From Ascidiella aspersa (lineage: Eukaryota): a DNA stretch of 64,000 bases. The position numbers were made by a program, and so were the translations under genes. The stretch spans positions 11,780,001 through 11,844,000 of the forward strand of contig OZ004612.1 of NCBI GenBank assembly GCA_963924565.1. Direction: 5' to 3'. Below the pieces are notes generated by a model. It did not search any database, was not told the origin of the DNA, and saw only the letters and a list, made by a program, of their open reading frames with translations. Within the stretch, counting starts at the first letter, position 1. Every line of letters begins with the position of its first letter. Positions 37,801 to 49,976 of this stretch are shown piece by piece.

Positions 37801-40800
37801 ACTTGGCAGTAGGTTGGTGGTGGCTTGCAGCCTACGAAGGCAACGGTAACTTACATACGTGTGTGGTGCTAAGAATACTAGATATATTCCTATTACACCG
37901 GTAGAGTTATAAAAAGGACTCAAATCAGGAAGTTCTATCGTGCCAATTGGGATGTTCAAAGTACAATCCAAATTCATATCGGGACCTTCCATGTGTGTGA
38001 TGTTACGAATACAAGACATATCGCTGTTACACCGGGAGTTACGAAAAGGACTGAAATAACGAGTTCTATGGTATCGATTGGGATGTTCAAAGTAAAATCC
38101 CAGGGTATTCTAGAATAATACGTTTCATATTAAGAATATCAAATGCAGAATATCGAATCCTATACTATATTTTTAGTTAGTTTATTATTTACCTTTTATT
38201 TTTGAGGTGGAATATTCATAATATATACCCTTTAGTCTAAACAGCAATTAATCATATTTTTAGTCAGCAACTAATGACCTGTATTTGTAACATCTATTTT
38301 ATTGTGTAATATTATCAAACAATAGTAAGTTAACAACTGGGGGTGACTGAATTTCTTAATGCAAAGGCAAATGTTTATCTAATAATGACGCTAAAAAATT
38401 GCTTATAAACGATTCAATTATCCATTGTGCTTGTTAGATCATCGTAATGACGTCATTTGGTATCGGATCAAACCGCGATATTTTTTCTTTAAAGTATCGG
38501 TTATCGGTATCGCAATAAAACGACCAGTGTCAGACGTTCCTAGGACTCGCGAACCAATAATGACTCGCCTTTTGAATTCGCTGGCTGCAGTAGTTCTATA
38601 TAGTAAGATATATTGATATTGGTCCTGGGCAAGATTTCTGCAAAGCTAAAGAAAATATCCCGAGTAATACAAAAACACGGCTGTTGGGCCTCCAGCCGAC
38701 TACAACCTTAACATAAGTAGCAATAAAACGGAACCTGCGATAGAAGCGATCCAGGGCCCTGACGATCAGGGCGTTGTCACGCGACCGTCCCTCGAGCATG
38801 AGGCGGCGCTCCACCAGTTCGAAGTAGGTCTGGAGCAGATCGCGCACAAACGATAGAAGCTTGTCGTTGGCGACGCGACACACCTCGTCCGTTTGCTGCA
38901 AAACACAAATGTTGGGAGGAAAGGCTCGAAATTCTTTCAAGGAGCGGTCGAAGGTTTGTTTCAAGCAATGCATGGCATAAAAGCAGGACTCGAAATGCAA
39001 ATGCTCTATAGCAGTAATATCCAACCTATAGGTCGCGACCTCATGTGGGGTCACCTAAACACTTTATCGGGTCGCCATCACTCACCAATTCCTGCAGTTT
39101 AAGTGATTTCATTGTGCTCGTAGTTTAAAGAAGCGCAATGAGTATATTAAAATAAAACAAATTAAAAAAAATTGTGTTTGATTGTTAACTCTAAATCCAA
39201 GTATCAATTTAAAGTTCTCATGTTAGTACTCATGCCCTCGTGCTCTGGATTTGTGTATAATTTAGGTTACTTAGGACAAGCATTACTTAATTATTCGAAA
39301 ACAAACTGGGGTCGTATGTAAATCCTGATTTCAGTTTAATTAAATTGGTGTCGTGTATTAAAAAGGTTATAGACCACTGTTCAACAGGAGTCTACGGTTC
39401 GCGTAGTGCAGTGTTTCTCCACTTTTTTTCTAAGCTTAAATATAGCAGCGACCCAATTTAATTCACTGAACTTTATTTGTGCACAAAACATAAGAACAAT
39501 TGGAGAAAATAAATTCCAAGTTAATTAATATCAGCCATGTTTCCGTATTTCTCACATAGTTTTACCAAAATGTGAAGAAATCCTGCTCTGGGCCAATCTC
39601 AAACAGTATAACCAAGCGAACTACGGCAGCCGACGACCCAATCAAATCAAAGGCGATCCAAAATTGGGTCGCGACCAATGGGTTGAGAAGCACTGGCGTA
39701 ATGCACGGAATAAATACATAGATTAAAATACGTTTTGAGTTTGTTACAGATAAAGAGAAGGCTCTTTATGCTTTTGGTGATTTAATAAACGCTTCAAATT
39801 TTGCATTTAGGATGCTTCTTAAATCGTTTGAAACAAAAGTAATTAAGTCATAACTTATTCAAAGTGATTGCCATGCCATTGGGTTATTGGTTTTCATTAT
39901 TTTATTGGTTGACAAATGCGAAAAACATTGCGACTTGCTTATTAAATGGATGACGATATTCATGATACAAATGTAAACGCTCGTATAACTAATAACCCAA
40001 ACCATATGTAGCATTATTTCACATGCAAGGCAGGTATGTGGCTTAGTTGCTATGGTCATGGGAAATAATGACCAATTGTTGGTTGACTAACTTTCGAAAT
40101 ATAAGCGAAAACAGAGTCCCCAATCCCATCAGCCAGAATTTATATTAACTGGAACAATTACCATTTTTAGGGTGACTTAGAACTCCCAAGTTTTAAATTC
40201 AGTGTATACGCTTTTTGTAATCATTAACCCAAAACTCTCTCACAAAAGGCAACGACAAATCGTTCTTGTAAAAAATCAGACTCACTAGCAGCGGACTGAG
40301 GGCGCCATCCGTAGAAGCGCTCATCGACGAAATCTCGGTTTGCTTGATGAAGAGATTCTCATAGGCGGCAATAGTGAGCGACAGGTTACTGAGAAAGCCG
40401 TTGCTGCCGCGGTCCATAAACTCCAGCACGTCGACCAGCATGCTCGCTCCTGTACGAAGGCGTGACAACTCGTAAAGTGGGACCATATGTTCAATACACA
40501 CAAATACCTATAGATTCCAGTGACGGGCAAAAAATAGAAACCGATATCACTGGGAGAGTGGCTTGTCCAATTGGGGGGATTCGGCCCCGCTCCCTAATAT
40601 ATCAAGCGTTTTAGGCAGATGTTGCGGTAACCATGGCATACTAATACCCAGGGAAATATCTATATTATGTATTGCTAATACCCAGTACCCAGGGAAATAA
40701 TATATTATGTATTGCAGGTTGCGAAATGCGTACTCATAATTTATCGTAGTCTTTGACATGAAAGAAAACAGCAATGTTTTTTAATCTTATTGGGTCTAAA

Positions 40801-43800
40801 GCCAATGCGAAACCAAAATAAATAAAAACGCTTCATTTCGCCTCTTTTTTGCGCCTGGGTCGATCGTTAACACAGGAAATTTTCCTCTATAGAACAGATT
40901 GGTTGGTCGACAAGTCTGTATTGCGCACATAAGCGAATAGAATAGTTTATTCCGTCCGCAGAAAAGAATTTTGCATAGAATAAAAGTGGACATTTGAAAT
41001 CAAGCCTTCTTCACTTTGTACGTCGAGGTATGCACAGTTAAAACTCCCCGATTTAGGCTGTGCAATATTTCAGTGTTTTCCGCTGCTAAAAGTAAAATTG
41101 AGGACATACCAAAACCAATCACACATACTACAAGTTTTTCACTAAATTATTATCGATTACAGACTAAGCGGTTTAGCAGCTGGCGCCTCGCAGGAATGTC
41201 GACGACCAGCGAACTTGCTTTCGTTGTACGTTAATTGGCTGTTTCTGGTTAGGGTTTATTGCTATATTCTGACGTAATAACCACCAATGTTCTATGACGT
41301 AATTGTTGATTAACGTTAAACGGAAAACGGGGAGATTACCATTGAAACAAGTGGAAATTTCGGGACACCCCTTTTTGGATCCCCGGATACGCCTCTGCAC
41401 CGATATACTTGTATTGTTTGCAAGTTATTTCGTTCCACCGCTCAAAAAATATTCTGGGCACTAAACGATGTTTGTAAGGTTTCGAATCAATAAAACATAT
41501 TGCCAAAATGTCAACATTCTTTGCTTACAAAAATAAAAAGTAAGACATTAAAAAGGTTGAATGGTAGCATATACAATATTATACATAGACGTGTTAACTA
41601 TAACTTTTAGCCGCACATTGCTTTACGGATGATGAAAGTAGGTACATATAAGTTGTACAAATTGTACAGGACAGCTTCGAAGTGATGCGTGAGATATTGC
41701 TGCACATCGCCCAGCCTCATACACGCACACGTTTTATAATTATAAAAGCATTTGCTAAGCTATTGCTTAAATATATTTCAGTGCGATATGGCCGTGTGCC
41801 TTCACAAAAGGCTGCTAGGCTATAGTGACCAAGTCACACGTTTTATAGATATAAGAGCGTTTGCTAAACTATTTCTTAAATATATGTCAGTCCTATGTGG
41901 TCGTGTGCCTTTACAAAAGGTTGCGAGGCCAAAGTCGAGGACAGACCTGGGATAAATTACGTCATGATTTTCCATACAGGCAGCGTTTGGTTGTTTTCTT
42001 TCGTCACGTTGATTTCGAATTTTTTAATGACGCGGCGCGCTTACCCGCCGTTTTTGAGCCACATTGCTTAACTATCGTGCACCACTACGACGCGTCGAGC
42101 AAAGAAAGGCTCGGGCACGTTTTGCCTGTAGTGCAAATTGGCGTGGTAAAGCACACGTAAGAATAGTGAATTTATGCTTGCTGGAAGCGCGAGCTTTATG
42201 CGCGGTTTCTGTTGATTACTTGGTCGCTTCTGGCTGATATGCCGTTCAGAACGATGATATTTTTAATCAGTGGAATGACAGCTTGGAGGACTACACAGAT
42301 TGTTTTACAAATCGGTAAGTAACTGAATGTAAAGAGCTCCATATGTATCAAAATACACCGCTTTAGTTAACTGCTATGCCATTAAGTAAATTAGTTAGGC
42401 TGACAGGGACGGGATCCATAATTAGTATAGGATGCCAGAAATAAAAATTGTAGTTCTACATTAGATAAATGGTTACCTGTCTCTTCTCCAGCTTGATCTG
42501 GTTCTCCTCTTAGATAAGAATGTAACTCCTTGATAAATATAAAAGCAAGGCCGTGTACCAGTATTATTAGCAACATTGCAACACTTTCTATTAGCGATAT
42601 TGCAATACTTTCTAAGGTAGTGTTCAAACCAGAGTGTATATAGCTGTTAATTGTTAAGTGATTTTTTGCATGAGAAATAAGTTGCGTTTTATTCCAAAAT
42701 GTTTTTTCCAAAAAAATATAAATAAATGTCGTATCTGGTACTCATTATTTCTTTTAAGGAGGCCAAATGAAAAATGGGTAAATTACACCTGCATTTCAAT
42801 GACAAATCCATTGTTTATGAAAAAAGGGGTCTCAGCCTACCTGTAAATCTTGGTCCAACTTGCTCTTTGAATGCTGCAGATAGTCGTCACACAAAAGTCC
42901 AGCTGGCTCGCCTAGCCTCAACAACAATCCCACACATTCAGCAAGCTGATGAGTACTGGAGTCCTGTTGTAAAAATCTAACTTGTATATTTTGTGTAACC
43001 CAATGGCCATAATCGTAATACCCATAGACATAACATTCCCCTCTAAAACAATCATTACTGCCAAAGGTCCAGACACAGTTTTGTAGGCACTTCCTGAGTT
43101 TAAAAAACGTTGTTATATTTGAAACAAATAAATTAATTTTCAGTGTTTATAGTGCCTATTACTACAAATAACAGGGTAATATATTCGTTGTTTTGCCTAA
43201 TACTTTATCATAAAAGGTCTCCTTCAACTTTGCAACAATCTCGTTGACTATGTTTTTGCAATCTTGATCGATGCCTTTGAAGGATTCCATGTGCTGGTAG
43301 TGTTGGAGCACTGCCTTGGTCCTTGTATAGTAGGAGACAGCCGCAGCATAGGAACCCATCTCAAGACACTTTTTCAAGCGGGCAGGCAGCTCAAATAAAA
43401 ACTGGAGCTTCTTTAAAAGTGAATGCACGCCAGAAAGTTTTGTGATCTGTTGCCGGTTTGTCTGTAGGAATCAGAAATAATAACTCTCATTACAATATAT
43501 TCCGAATGGGTCATGGGTTATTATTTTTTAATAGTGTTTTTATATATTTCCAGGTACATTATTCAAATACCCATTTTAACACAAAAATATTGTCCTTTGA
43601 AACACCAATAGCATTGGTTTTACATTTAGGTATACAAATACTTTAGGCACATGTACTTAACCTCCATGGTGGCATTTATGTTTGCATTTAGTTGAGTGAT
43701 GGCAGCCATGTTGCTAGTGAGCTTTTCCATTTCGTCTTCCATTTGACGAAAATCTCTCTTCATGGTCCGTATTGTATCAGTAGCACTGATAAACTTGTTG

Positions 43801-46800
43801 TAATTCTCATAAACCAGTGTCTGTTAAAAAAATGATTTTGACTTTCGTTATTTGCTAAAACTAATTACAGAGACTGCAAATTACACATTATCATTATATT
43901 CATACCAGTGCTTCTTATTTATTTATACATTAATTTAACAGAAAATACCTGCATGTCACTATCTAAAGTTCGTATCTGCTTTGCCATGTCATTCTCAGCG
44001 TCCATCAACTCTGACAGATTCTTTTCCTTCAAAAAACATGCAAATAGTTAAATATCACTAAAATTGTGGGGACATATATGTTTTACTGGTGACAGACATA
44101 AAACTACCCTTAAGTTGTAGGCCTAACCTATCTGTATAATATACATACGCTGACCATTGAGCTATCATTTGACACCAGTGCTTCCTAACCTTTTTCAGAT
44201 CGCGACTCTATTTTATTGCAAAGTTTATTGTGCGACCCACATGTGCCAAACGAATAAAGTTACACAAAACCTGCATCTTTGCTTCAGGCCTATGTACTGA
44301 AATAGATAATGTGACACAACACATCTAATTGTTACGTATTTGTTGATTAGTTGCATAAATGTTATGTATAAAGCAATAACTTCGCCGATAATGCTTCGCA
44401 ACCCACCTGAAGTAGCTTCACGACCCACCAATGGGCCGCGACACACTGGTTGGGAAGCACTGTTTTATACTATTAAAATACAGAAAGTCATACATTCAAA
44501 AATATTAAAGCAAGAATTACAGGCATTGTTTCTAAAATATAAGGCAAGAATTTTAGCATCCAGGGTTGATCATTTTAAATTTGTAATGCAGTGTTCAAGG
44601 CACGGATAGTTAGGAATTATTTGGTTAGCAAAGTTGAAATAAATTCAAACACAAAATTTATCACTATTTGGAAATAAATTTGCTATGGTGCATTATGTGC
44701 TTAAACTTAACTTTTGTTGTTCATAACATTTGATTTTTTAGAGAATATTCAATATTTTGTGCACTGCTATATTTTCCAAAACCAATCTTCACAAAAGAAT
44801 TTATTTCATTGTACATGGCTCCCAAAGAGTAATCGATAGAATTTAGATCATTACATCTGATAAAACTTTTGCACATTTTGCATTATTGTAAGATTGGCCA
44901 GTAAGAAGGATTTATCACTTGCAGTCTACGGTCAAGTTTGATGGAAAATGGTATAGTTGGGCCAACCTGTAATTTAAACGTATGTAAAACAAAGCACAGA
45001 CTTTTGTTCAGTAATTTATTTACAGTTGCACACTTTTAAAAGTAACTTTTATGAGCTTTTATTAAAGCCCAGCAGTTTTAAGCGATTTGAACATCTCCCC
45101 ATGGGATGGAATATTCAACGTTTCAAATTTGGTTTATTCCAGTTGGCATTCTGCGCCAGGTACACACACCCAACATTCAAACCTGAATTCACCTGAATTC
45201 GTAAATTGCACATCTAAATTTTAAAATAGGCTAAGTTGTGGTAGGCACCTCAGGTGTGGATAAACTTTAATCGAACACCTGCATCCCCAGACTGCATTTC
45301 ATGGCACCTCACTGTAGCATTTATTATGCATTATTACTCTGTTTTGTCTAATTTGACGTCACTATGCATGTTGTATACTGATACATTAGGGATGTTCAGA
45401 TTTACCTTTTTTTTGAAAATTTATGCTTCCTGCTTGATTTCCCATTATGTGTCACATAAAAATCAGTTTTACAAGTTTTCAAAACAATAGGACAACATTG
45501 AGGGGCTCCGCAAGCACCCCAAAGTTATCACACTAAAGTTGCTAAAATCTGGGACTTCCCCTAACACGATACTGTACGTTTTTCTTTAAAACACAGAAAC
45601 CTTGTAATTTTTATATTAAACAATGGCAAGAAAGCATCTCTGATCTATTTTCCAGTTTTATGTAACTTAGTATTCTTGAAGCCCCCAAAGCACCACTTCA
45701 ACCCATTTTTGGAGTTGTCATTTGATTTATCACATATATTCAATAAAATACTTTTTATCGAATTATTTAAAACCTGTTTATGATCGCCTGTGATTTTCAA
45801 CAGCCTGTAGCAAGCTTGCACGTTGCTGAGGATTGTCATTTAACATAGCAGCATATTCAGTGATTAATATTTTTAACAAACATATGGTCAGCATGATCAT
45901 GGTACTTGTCCATAATCGCAGCTTTGTTTTAAGACAAACAACGGCTCCACCAAAGCAGGTTATGACGCCTTAGAAACGGCATGCCTCAGGGATCAGTTCT
46001 GGCTCCTTTGCTGTTTAATGTTTATTTCGGTGATCTGCCCGCCACAGTCTCCAAGCATACGCTGATGACTGGGCGGTCTTGCATGCTGAAGGGAATTGGT
46101 GCAGTGTTGAGAGGACTCTTAGTCCACCTCAATAACAAGGAAATTAAACGTGTGTTGTCCGTCAATACCAATGGAAGAACTTTGAATTTCCACGTCTACA
46201 TACCTCGCATTGCATCTGGACAGGACACTCACATTCCCGCCCTGGCAGGCATCTAGCCCGCTGAGCTTCGCCCCAGAGGAGCCACAATACCAAAGGCTAC
46301 TATCCTTGAGATGCCCCTTTGTACCAGCTGCAGTCAAATCACTGCAGAAATGTGAAAGCTCTGGTGTAGGTGAATGGATGGCCACCAAATGGAACGAGGA
46401 GCAAAATTACCCCTCTCTACCACTATTGCCCTACCACCTCCAATAAGCCTTAGGGTTTTGGCCTGTCTATTCGAGCCTAGACTCGCCTTAACAGGCTGAG
46501 AACAGGGGTCGGGTGTACCAGGTCTTCCATGAATAAATGTGGCTTCTGTGACTGTAGTTTGGAGGAACAGACTGCAGATCACATAGTCTCACGGTGCCGA
46601 TATATCGCCAACCAAGTGGGACAAATGGTCTGACACTTTTGGACGATGAGACTATCCGCTGGCATCTCGACTTCTGCCCGGACATTTGAACTGGAATAAT
46701 AAGATCGTCCATACGAAAGAAGAAGACGATCAAGCAGGTGCAACACACAGTACAAAGTGGATGGGACAAGTTTTCTATGGCCAAAAATGTTTATGTGGTC

Positions 46801-48836
46801 TGAACAGATGGGTCATGATGCTATTTTTCTAGACAAACTTGTCACATTTTCCTTGTTTAGTAATTACCCACAAATGAACAAGGACACAAAGGCGGCAATT
46901 GACCGACAACTTCTTGCAACTGCAAAACCTGAGGATTTTCACCAAGGCATTCAAGTTTTGCATCATAAAATCAAAATTTATACCACTTTAGAGGATTTGA
47001 TTGGCACAGATTCCTGGTTTATTTTACGCTACTCAATCAGATATGTGATTGGCTGACGCATTCTCCCGATTCATGGTGTTCATAATGGGTACAACAAGTT
47101 AAAGTCTTCATGTACTGTTAAAGTTGTGAATGATGCCGCAGAAAGAGGGGTTAAAAGTCAACACAGATTGTGCTGCTATATTAACCGACAATCCACAGCA
47201 ACAAACAACTTGCTGCAAGCTGTTGAAGATCACAGGCGATCATACCCAGATTTTCTAAAAAAAAAACCTTTGCTAAAAAGTAAAAAAAGCTATTCATTGA
47301 TGTTCCTTTTTATGTTTTTTAACTATGACATTGGCATACTTTTGCCATATTCCTTCTTTATCCACTGTTGATTAAAATACTTTGCTTTTCATAATATACA
47401 ATTTGTTAAAATATATTTTATTGTACATATGTAATAAATTGAATGACAGCTCCAAAAATGGGGTAAAGTGGGGATTTGGGGGCTTTAAGAATACATTTTA
47501 GGTTACATAAAACTGTAAAATAGATTAGTAATGCTTTCTTGCCATTGTTTAATATAAAAATTACAAGTTTTCTGTGTTTTTTAAGAAAAACGTACAGTAT
47601 CGTGTTAGGGGAACTCCCAGATTTTAGCAATTTCAGTGTGATAACTTTGGGGTGTCTGCGGAGCCCCTAAATGTTGTCCAATTGTTTTGAAAACTTACGA
47701 AACTCATTTTTATGTGACACATAATGGGAAATCAAGCAGGAAGCATAAATTTTCAAAAAAAAGTTAAATCTGAACAACCCTACTGATACGTAATCAAGCA
47801 CCGAACTGTGTGTTTTGAGCACTTGCAATTCATTTTATTTAATACGTCTTCCTGATTAGCGGCCTGAATCACCGCTTTGTTATATCAGGTGTACTTCTTA
47901 GATTTGTGAATATACTGAACGAGCAATATCTGAGTGAAGTGACTTTGTCTAGAGTTCAAGAAGTTAAAGACAGGTATTTTAGCGGCCTCATTACCAGTAA
48001 CTACACATCTATCTGCTAAATCACGCCGAGATCTTGGGTGGGCAGAGAAAAATTTTAAGGTGTATAGGCGTGCATTTACGTTGTTTCACACTTTAGGTTG
48101 GAAATCCTACCAAAATTGTGCTTTTTACCAAATTCAAGTGAGCAATGTACAAACTAAGGTGTAGGACACATTTCTTTCATAAAAATAAAAAATTAGAGGT
48201 GTGTGCACCTGCCACAGAATGCAGACTGGTTACTAAAACTTTTGACAATATCAACATAGAAATTTCTAAGTAAAGTAGCATTAAATTCATATTGGGGTCA
48301 GATTAAAAACAATGCATATAATGCAGAAGTTTAGGTAGTTTTATTTGTGCAACGGATGTCGCTGAATTGGTCTATGACCAACCCACACATAAAAACTTGG
48401 TCCTGGTCTAGAATCCTACCACAGCGTTGAAACAACTAGTTAAATTAACGCAAAATATTTGGGTTTGGGTGCTGGTTGGCGTTTGGGTGGGTCAAGTGTT
48501 ATTATATTTATTATTTAATAATTTTATTAGTTTACCTACACCAACTCAAAGACTAACCAAAATAATATGCGTTGTGGTAGGATTCTAGACCAGTGCCAAA
48601 AAAGTTACTATAAAAAGTACTGTAATACCAAGGGATGCAAAATAAACCTGCTTCAACTTCCTTAGATAGTGATCGGCGTTGAAGTTAGAGCTGTTAATGT
48701 CCAGAGGATCATTGCTCTGTTCTTGAGCGGCCGATCCTTCCATTCCGTAGTACATTTTTAGCATGTTGTTTTTCCTTGTTCTTTTTTTCTCATTTTCATC
48801 CTCAAAGTCGTTTTCCTCTTCCACCGAGGTCGACAT
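28698..48836 (-). CDS. VPS51: Vacuolar protein sorting-associated protein 51 (GARP/EARP subunit), 16 exons, 2409 nt, about 802 aa
   Basis: All 15 introns are GT-AG with compatible phases. Diagnostic peptides: [99 protein letters not shown]...ICERG*. Confidence 0.97.
28919..29197. mobile_element. hAT MITE
   Basis: TAGTGTTTTCCAACC...GGTTTGGATACACTG, TSD ttTTAGAT/acTTAGAT (6/8). Confidence 0.65.
29960..30146 (-). CDS. VPS51: VPS51 exon 15
   Basis: [18 protein letters not shown]...[10 protein letters not shown]. Confidence 0.95.
30242..30567. mobile_element. hAT MITE
   Basis: CAaCGGTTCTC...GAGAACCACTG, perfect TSD GGCTAGCT. Confidence 0.88.
31251..31508. mobile_element. hAT MITE
   Basis: TIR CAGGGGTTCTTAAAC / GTTTAAGAACCCCaG, subterminal GGACCCC motifs, TSD 6/8. 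Confidence 0.8.
32060..32181 (-). CDS. VPS51: VPS51 exon 14
   Basis: [20 protein letters not shown]. Confidence 0.93.
33322..33519 (-). CDS. VPS51: VPS51 exon 13
   Basis: [23 protein letters not shown]. Confidence 0.94.
34658..34835 (-). CDS. VPS51: VPS51 exon 12
   Basis: [15 protein letters not shown]...[10 protein letters not shown]. Confidence 0.93.
34803..34997. repeat. Tandem 90-bp duplication (period 105) spanning the VPS51 exon 12 acceptor
   Basis: 34803-34892 vs 34908-34997, 8 mismatches. Confidence 0.95.
35392..35457 (-). CDS. VPS51: VPS51 exon 11 ([21 protein letters not shown])
   Basis: Matches EFCSQGVREGLIVGF; gcag/gtgagt boundaries. Confidence 0.88.
36123..36267 (-). CDS. VPS51: VPS51 exon 10
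   Basis: [21 protein letters not shown]. Confidence 0.92.
36309..36701. mobile_element. hAT-like MITE with CCGATA/GATAC subterminal repeats; inverted partial copy at about 38445-38542
   Basis: TAGGGATGTCCG...CGGACATGCCT termini; reverse-complement match of 36309-36402 at about 38445-38542. Confidence 0.65.
37147..37624. mobile_element. hAT MITE (degraded)
   Basis: CAGGGTTCGGGAACCT...AGGTTCCCGACC termini, GAGAGCCA subterminal motif; TSD unclear. Confidence 0.6.
37665..37831 (-). CDS. VPS51: VPS51 exon 9
   Basis: [15 protein letters not shown]; gtgagt donor. Confidence 0.92.
38735..38895 (-). CDS. VPS51: VPS51 exon 8
   Basis: YFELVERRL...[14 protein letters not shown]. Confidence 0.93.
39012..39695. 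mobile_element. Two adjacent hAT MITEs (39012-39379, 39409-39695)
   Basis: CAGT...ACTG termini, GGGTCGCGACC motifs; second element TSD GCGTAGTG/GCGTAATG. Confidence 0.75.
40286..40449 (-). CDS. VPS51: VPS51 exon 7
   Basis: [28 protein letters not shown]; gtgagt donor. Confidence 0.92.
42477..42528 (-). CDS. VPS51: VPS51 exon 6 ([17 protein letters not shown])
   Basis: 52-nt AG/GT exon needed to bridge phase 0 to phase 1. Confidence 0.75.
42841..42963 (-). CDS. VPS51: VPS51 exon 5
   Basis: [23 protein letters not shown]; AG/GT bounded. Confidence 0.92.
43204..43461 (-). CDS. VPS51: VPS51 exon 4
   Basis: [20 protein letters not shown]; AG/GT bounded. Confidence 0.92.
43662..43820 (-). CDS. 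VPS51: VPS51 exon 3 ([15 protein letters not shown]...)
   Basis: AG/GT bounded, Vps51 N-terminal motif. Confidence 0.95.
43949..44026 (-). CDS. VPS51: VPS51 exon 2 (EKNLSELMD...DSDMQ)
   Basis: AG/GT bounded, conserved peptide. Confidence 0.92.
44176..44462. mobile_element. hAT MITE
   Basis: TIR CAGTGCTTCCtAACC / GGTTGGGAAGCACTG, GCGACCC motifs, TSD 6/8. Confidence 0.82.
45387..47782 (+). mobile_element. Decayed long-TIR DNA transposon (probably hAT superfamily) with transposase remnant at about 46757-47260
   Basis: About 250-bp TIRs (45387-45637 and 47531-47782), TAGGG...CCCTA ends, flanking CTGATACAT/CTGATACGT duplication, disrupted peptides [11 protein letters not shown] and [11 protein letters not shown]. 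Confidence 0.88.
45895..46726 (+). mobile_element. 5'-truncated non-LTR retrotransposon fragment (I-group/Vingi-like) nested in the DNA transposon
   Basis: RT motifs [17 protein letters not shown] and YADD (46058-46069, frameshifted), [16 protein letters not shown], a C-x-C...QTADHI zinc-knuckle remnant and a GAAAGAAGAAGA tail. Clade assignment is inference. Confidence 0.85.
48648..48836 (-). CDS. VPS51: VPS51 exon 1 (MSTSVEEEN...RKLKQ)
   Basis: ATG at 48836, CAG|gtttat donor. Confidence 0.9.
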
Positions 48837-48925
48837 TTTCAAAGAAAGAGGAAAAATACTTCACACAAAAACTTTCCTAAAAAAGTCTTGAATTTGGTAG
48901 GCAAAGGCAGATAAATTGTCGTTCC

Positions 48926-49976
48926 CAGGGTTGCCAGACTATGAAAAGGTCTTAAACCCAAAATAATACGAAAAAAAGGCCAAATGAATATTTACTTGTT
49001 TCTGTTAAACATAAAGTGATGAAAGTACAAATTTACAAAGGACTAAATAATAATAAGTAAATATAATACACTGACACCAGCTACAAATTGAAATTACAGT
49101 AAATTTATGGTTTTTGTGCAAGCTTGAAGTCAACTAGGATAACCACAATAATAAATATAAATTGTGCTTTTTAAATGTAGCCTATATATATATTAAATAG
49201 GTTAGGTTAAAACAATAGAAATAGATTATAACTTAACTTGCATAGCTACATGCCTACATAGTTATAATATTTATTATTATGCTTATTATCCTGGTTGAAT
49301 TCCAACTTGCATTTAACTAGGAATTTACCGAAATACATTTGGCGGGGAAAAATCCGGCAGGAAATTATCTTTGGAGGCAATATCTTAACAAGGTTTAAAA
49401 GGAATGTTCCAACAGGATAGATTCCTGTGTCAAACAGAGCTGAACACTTTTTATAAATACGGCAAATATGAAAGCAAGCAATATTAAAATGTCATCATTG
49501 AATCAAGCTAAATTCATGTATGTATTTAAGACTAAGTGGATATTACCACACTACTTAATATACTTGTTACAAAAGAGATTCTTTTGTGAAAAAAACAAAA
49601 AGGTTTTCTTGCACTGTCGGTGTGTCCAAGAAGTAGTTAGACACTCACACTGCTACGCCAACGAAAGATTCTTTTGTAACAAATCCATGATCATTAATGT
49701 TATTTACTCATCACAAATTTACATATAACATCACAATAACGGTAATTTAAAAAATATTTGCTCAACAACTGAAATTTTTAAATCGTCGGTGGTTGTGATT
49801 AGACTACCGATAAATTGAAAACTGAAGACCTTACGTTTCTGTATACCAAGTTTTGAAAGTTGACACTAAAATTCTAAAATGATGTCTATAAAATGTATAA
49901 TTTCTAAGGCCAACAGACTCTAAAAAATAAAAATTCATGTAATTTGGCCTTAAAAAGGCCAATCTGGCACCCCTTG
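48926..49976. mobile_element. Non-autonomous hAT-like element 90 bp upstream of the VPS51 ATG
   Basis: CAGGGTTGCCAGA...TCTGGCACCCCTTG termini, AAAAAGGCCAA subterminal motifs, TSD GTCGTTCC/GTGGTTCC. Confidence 0.78.
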
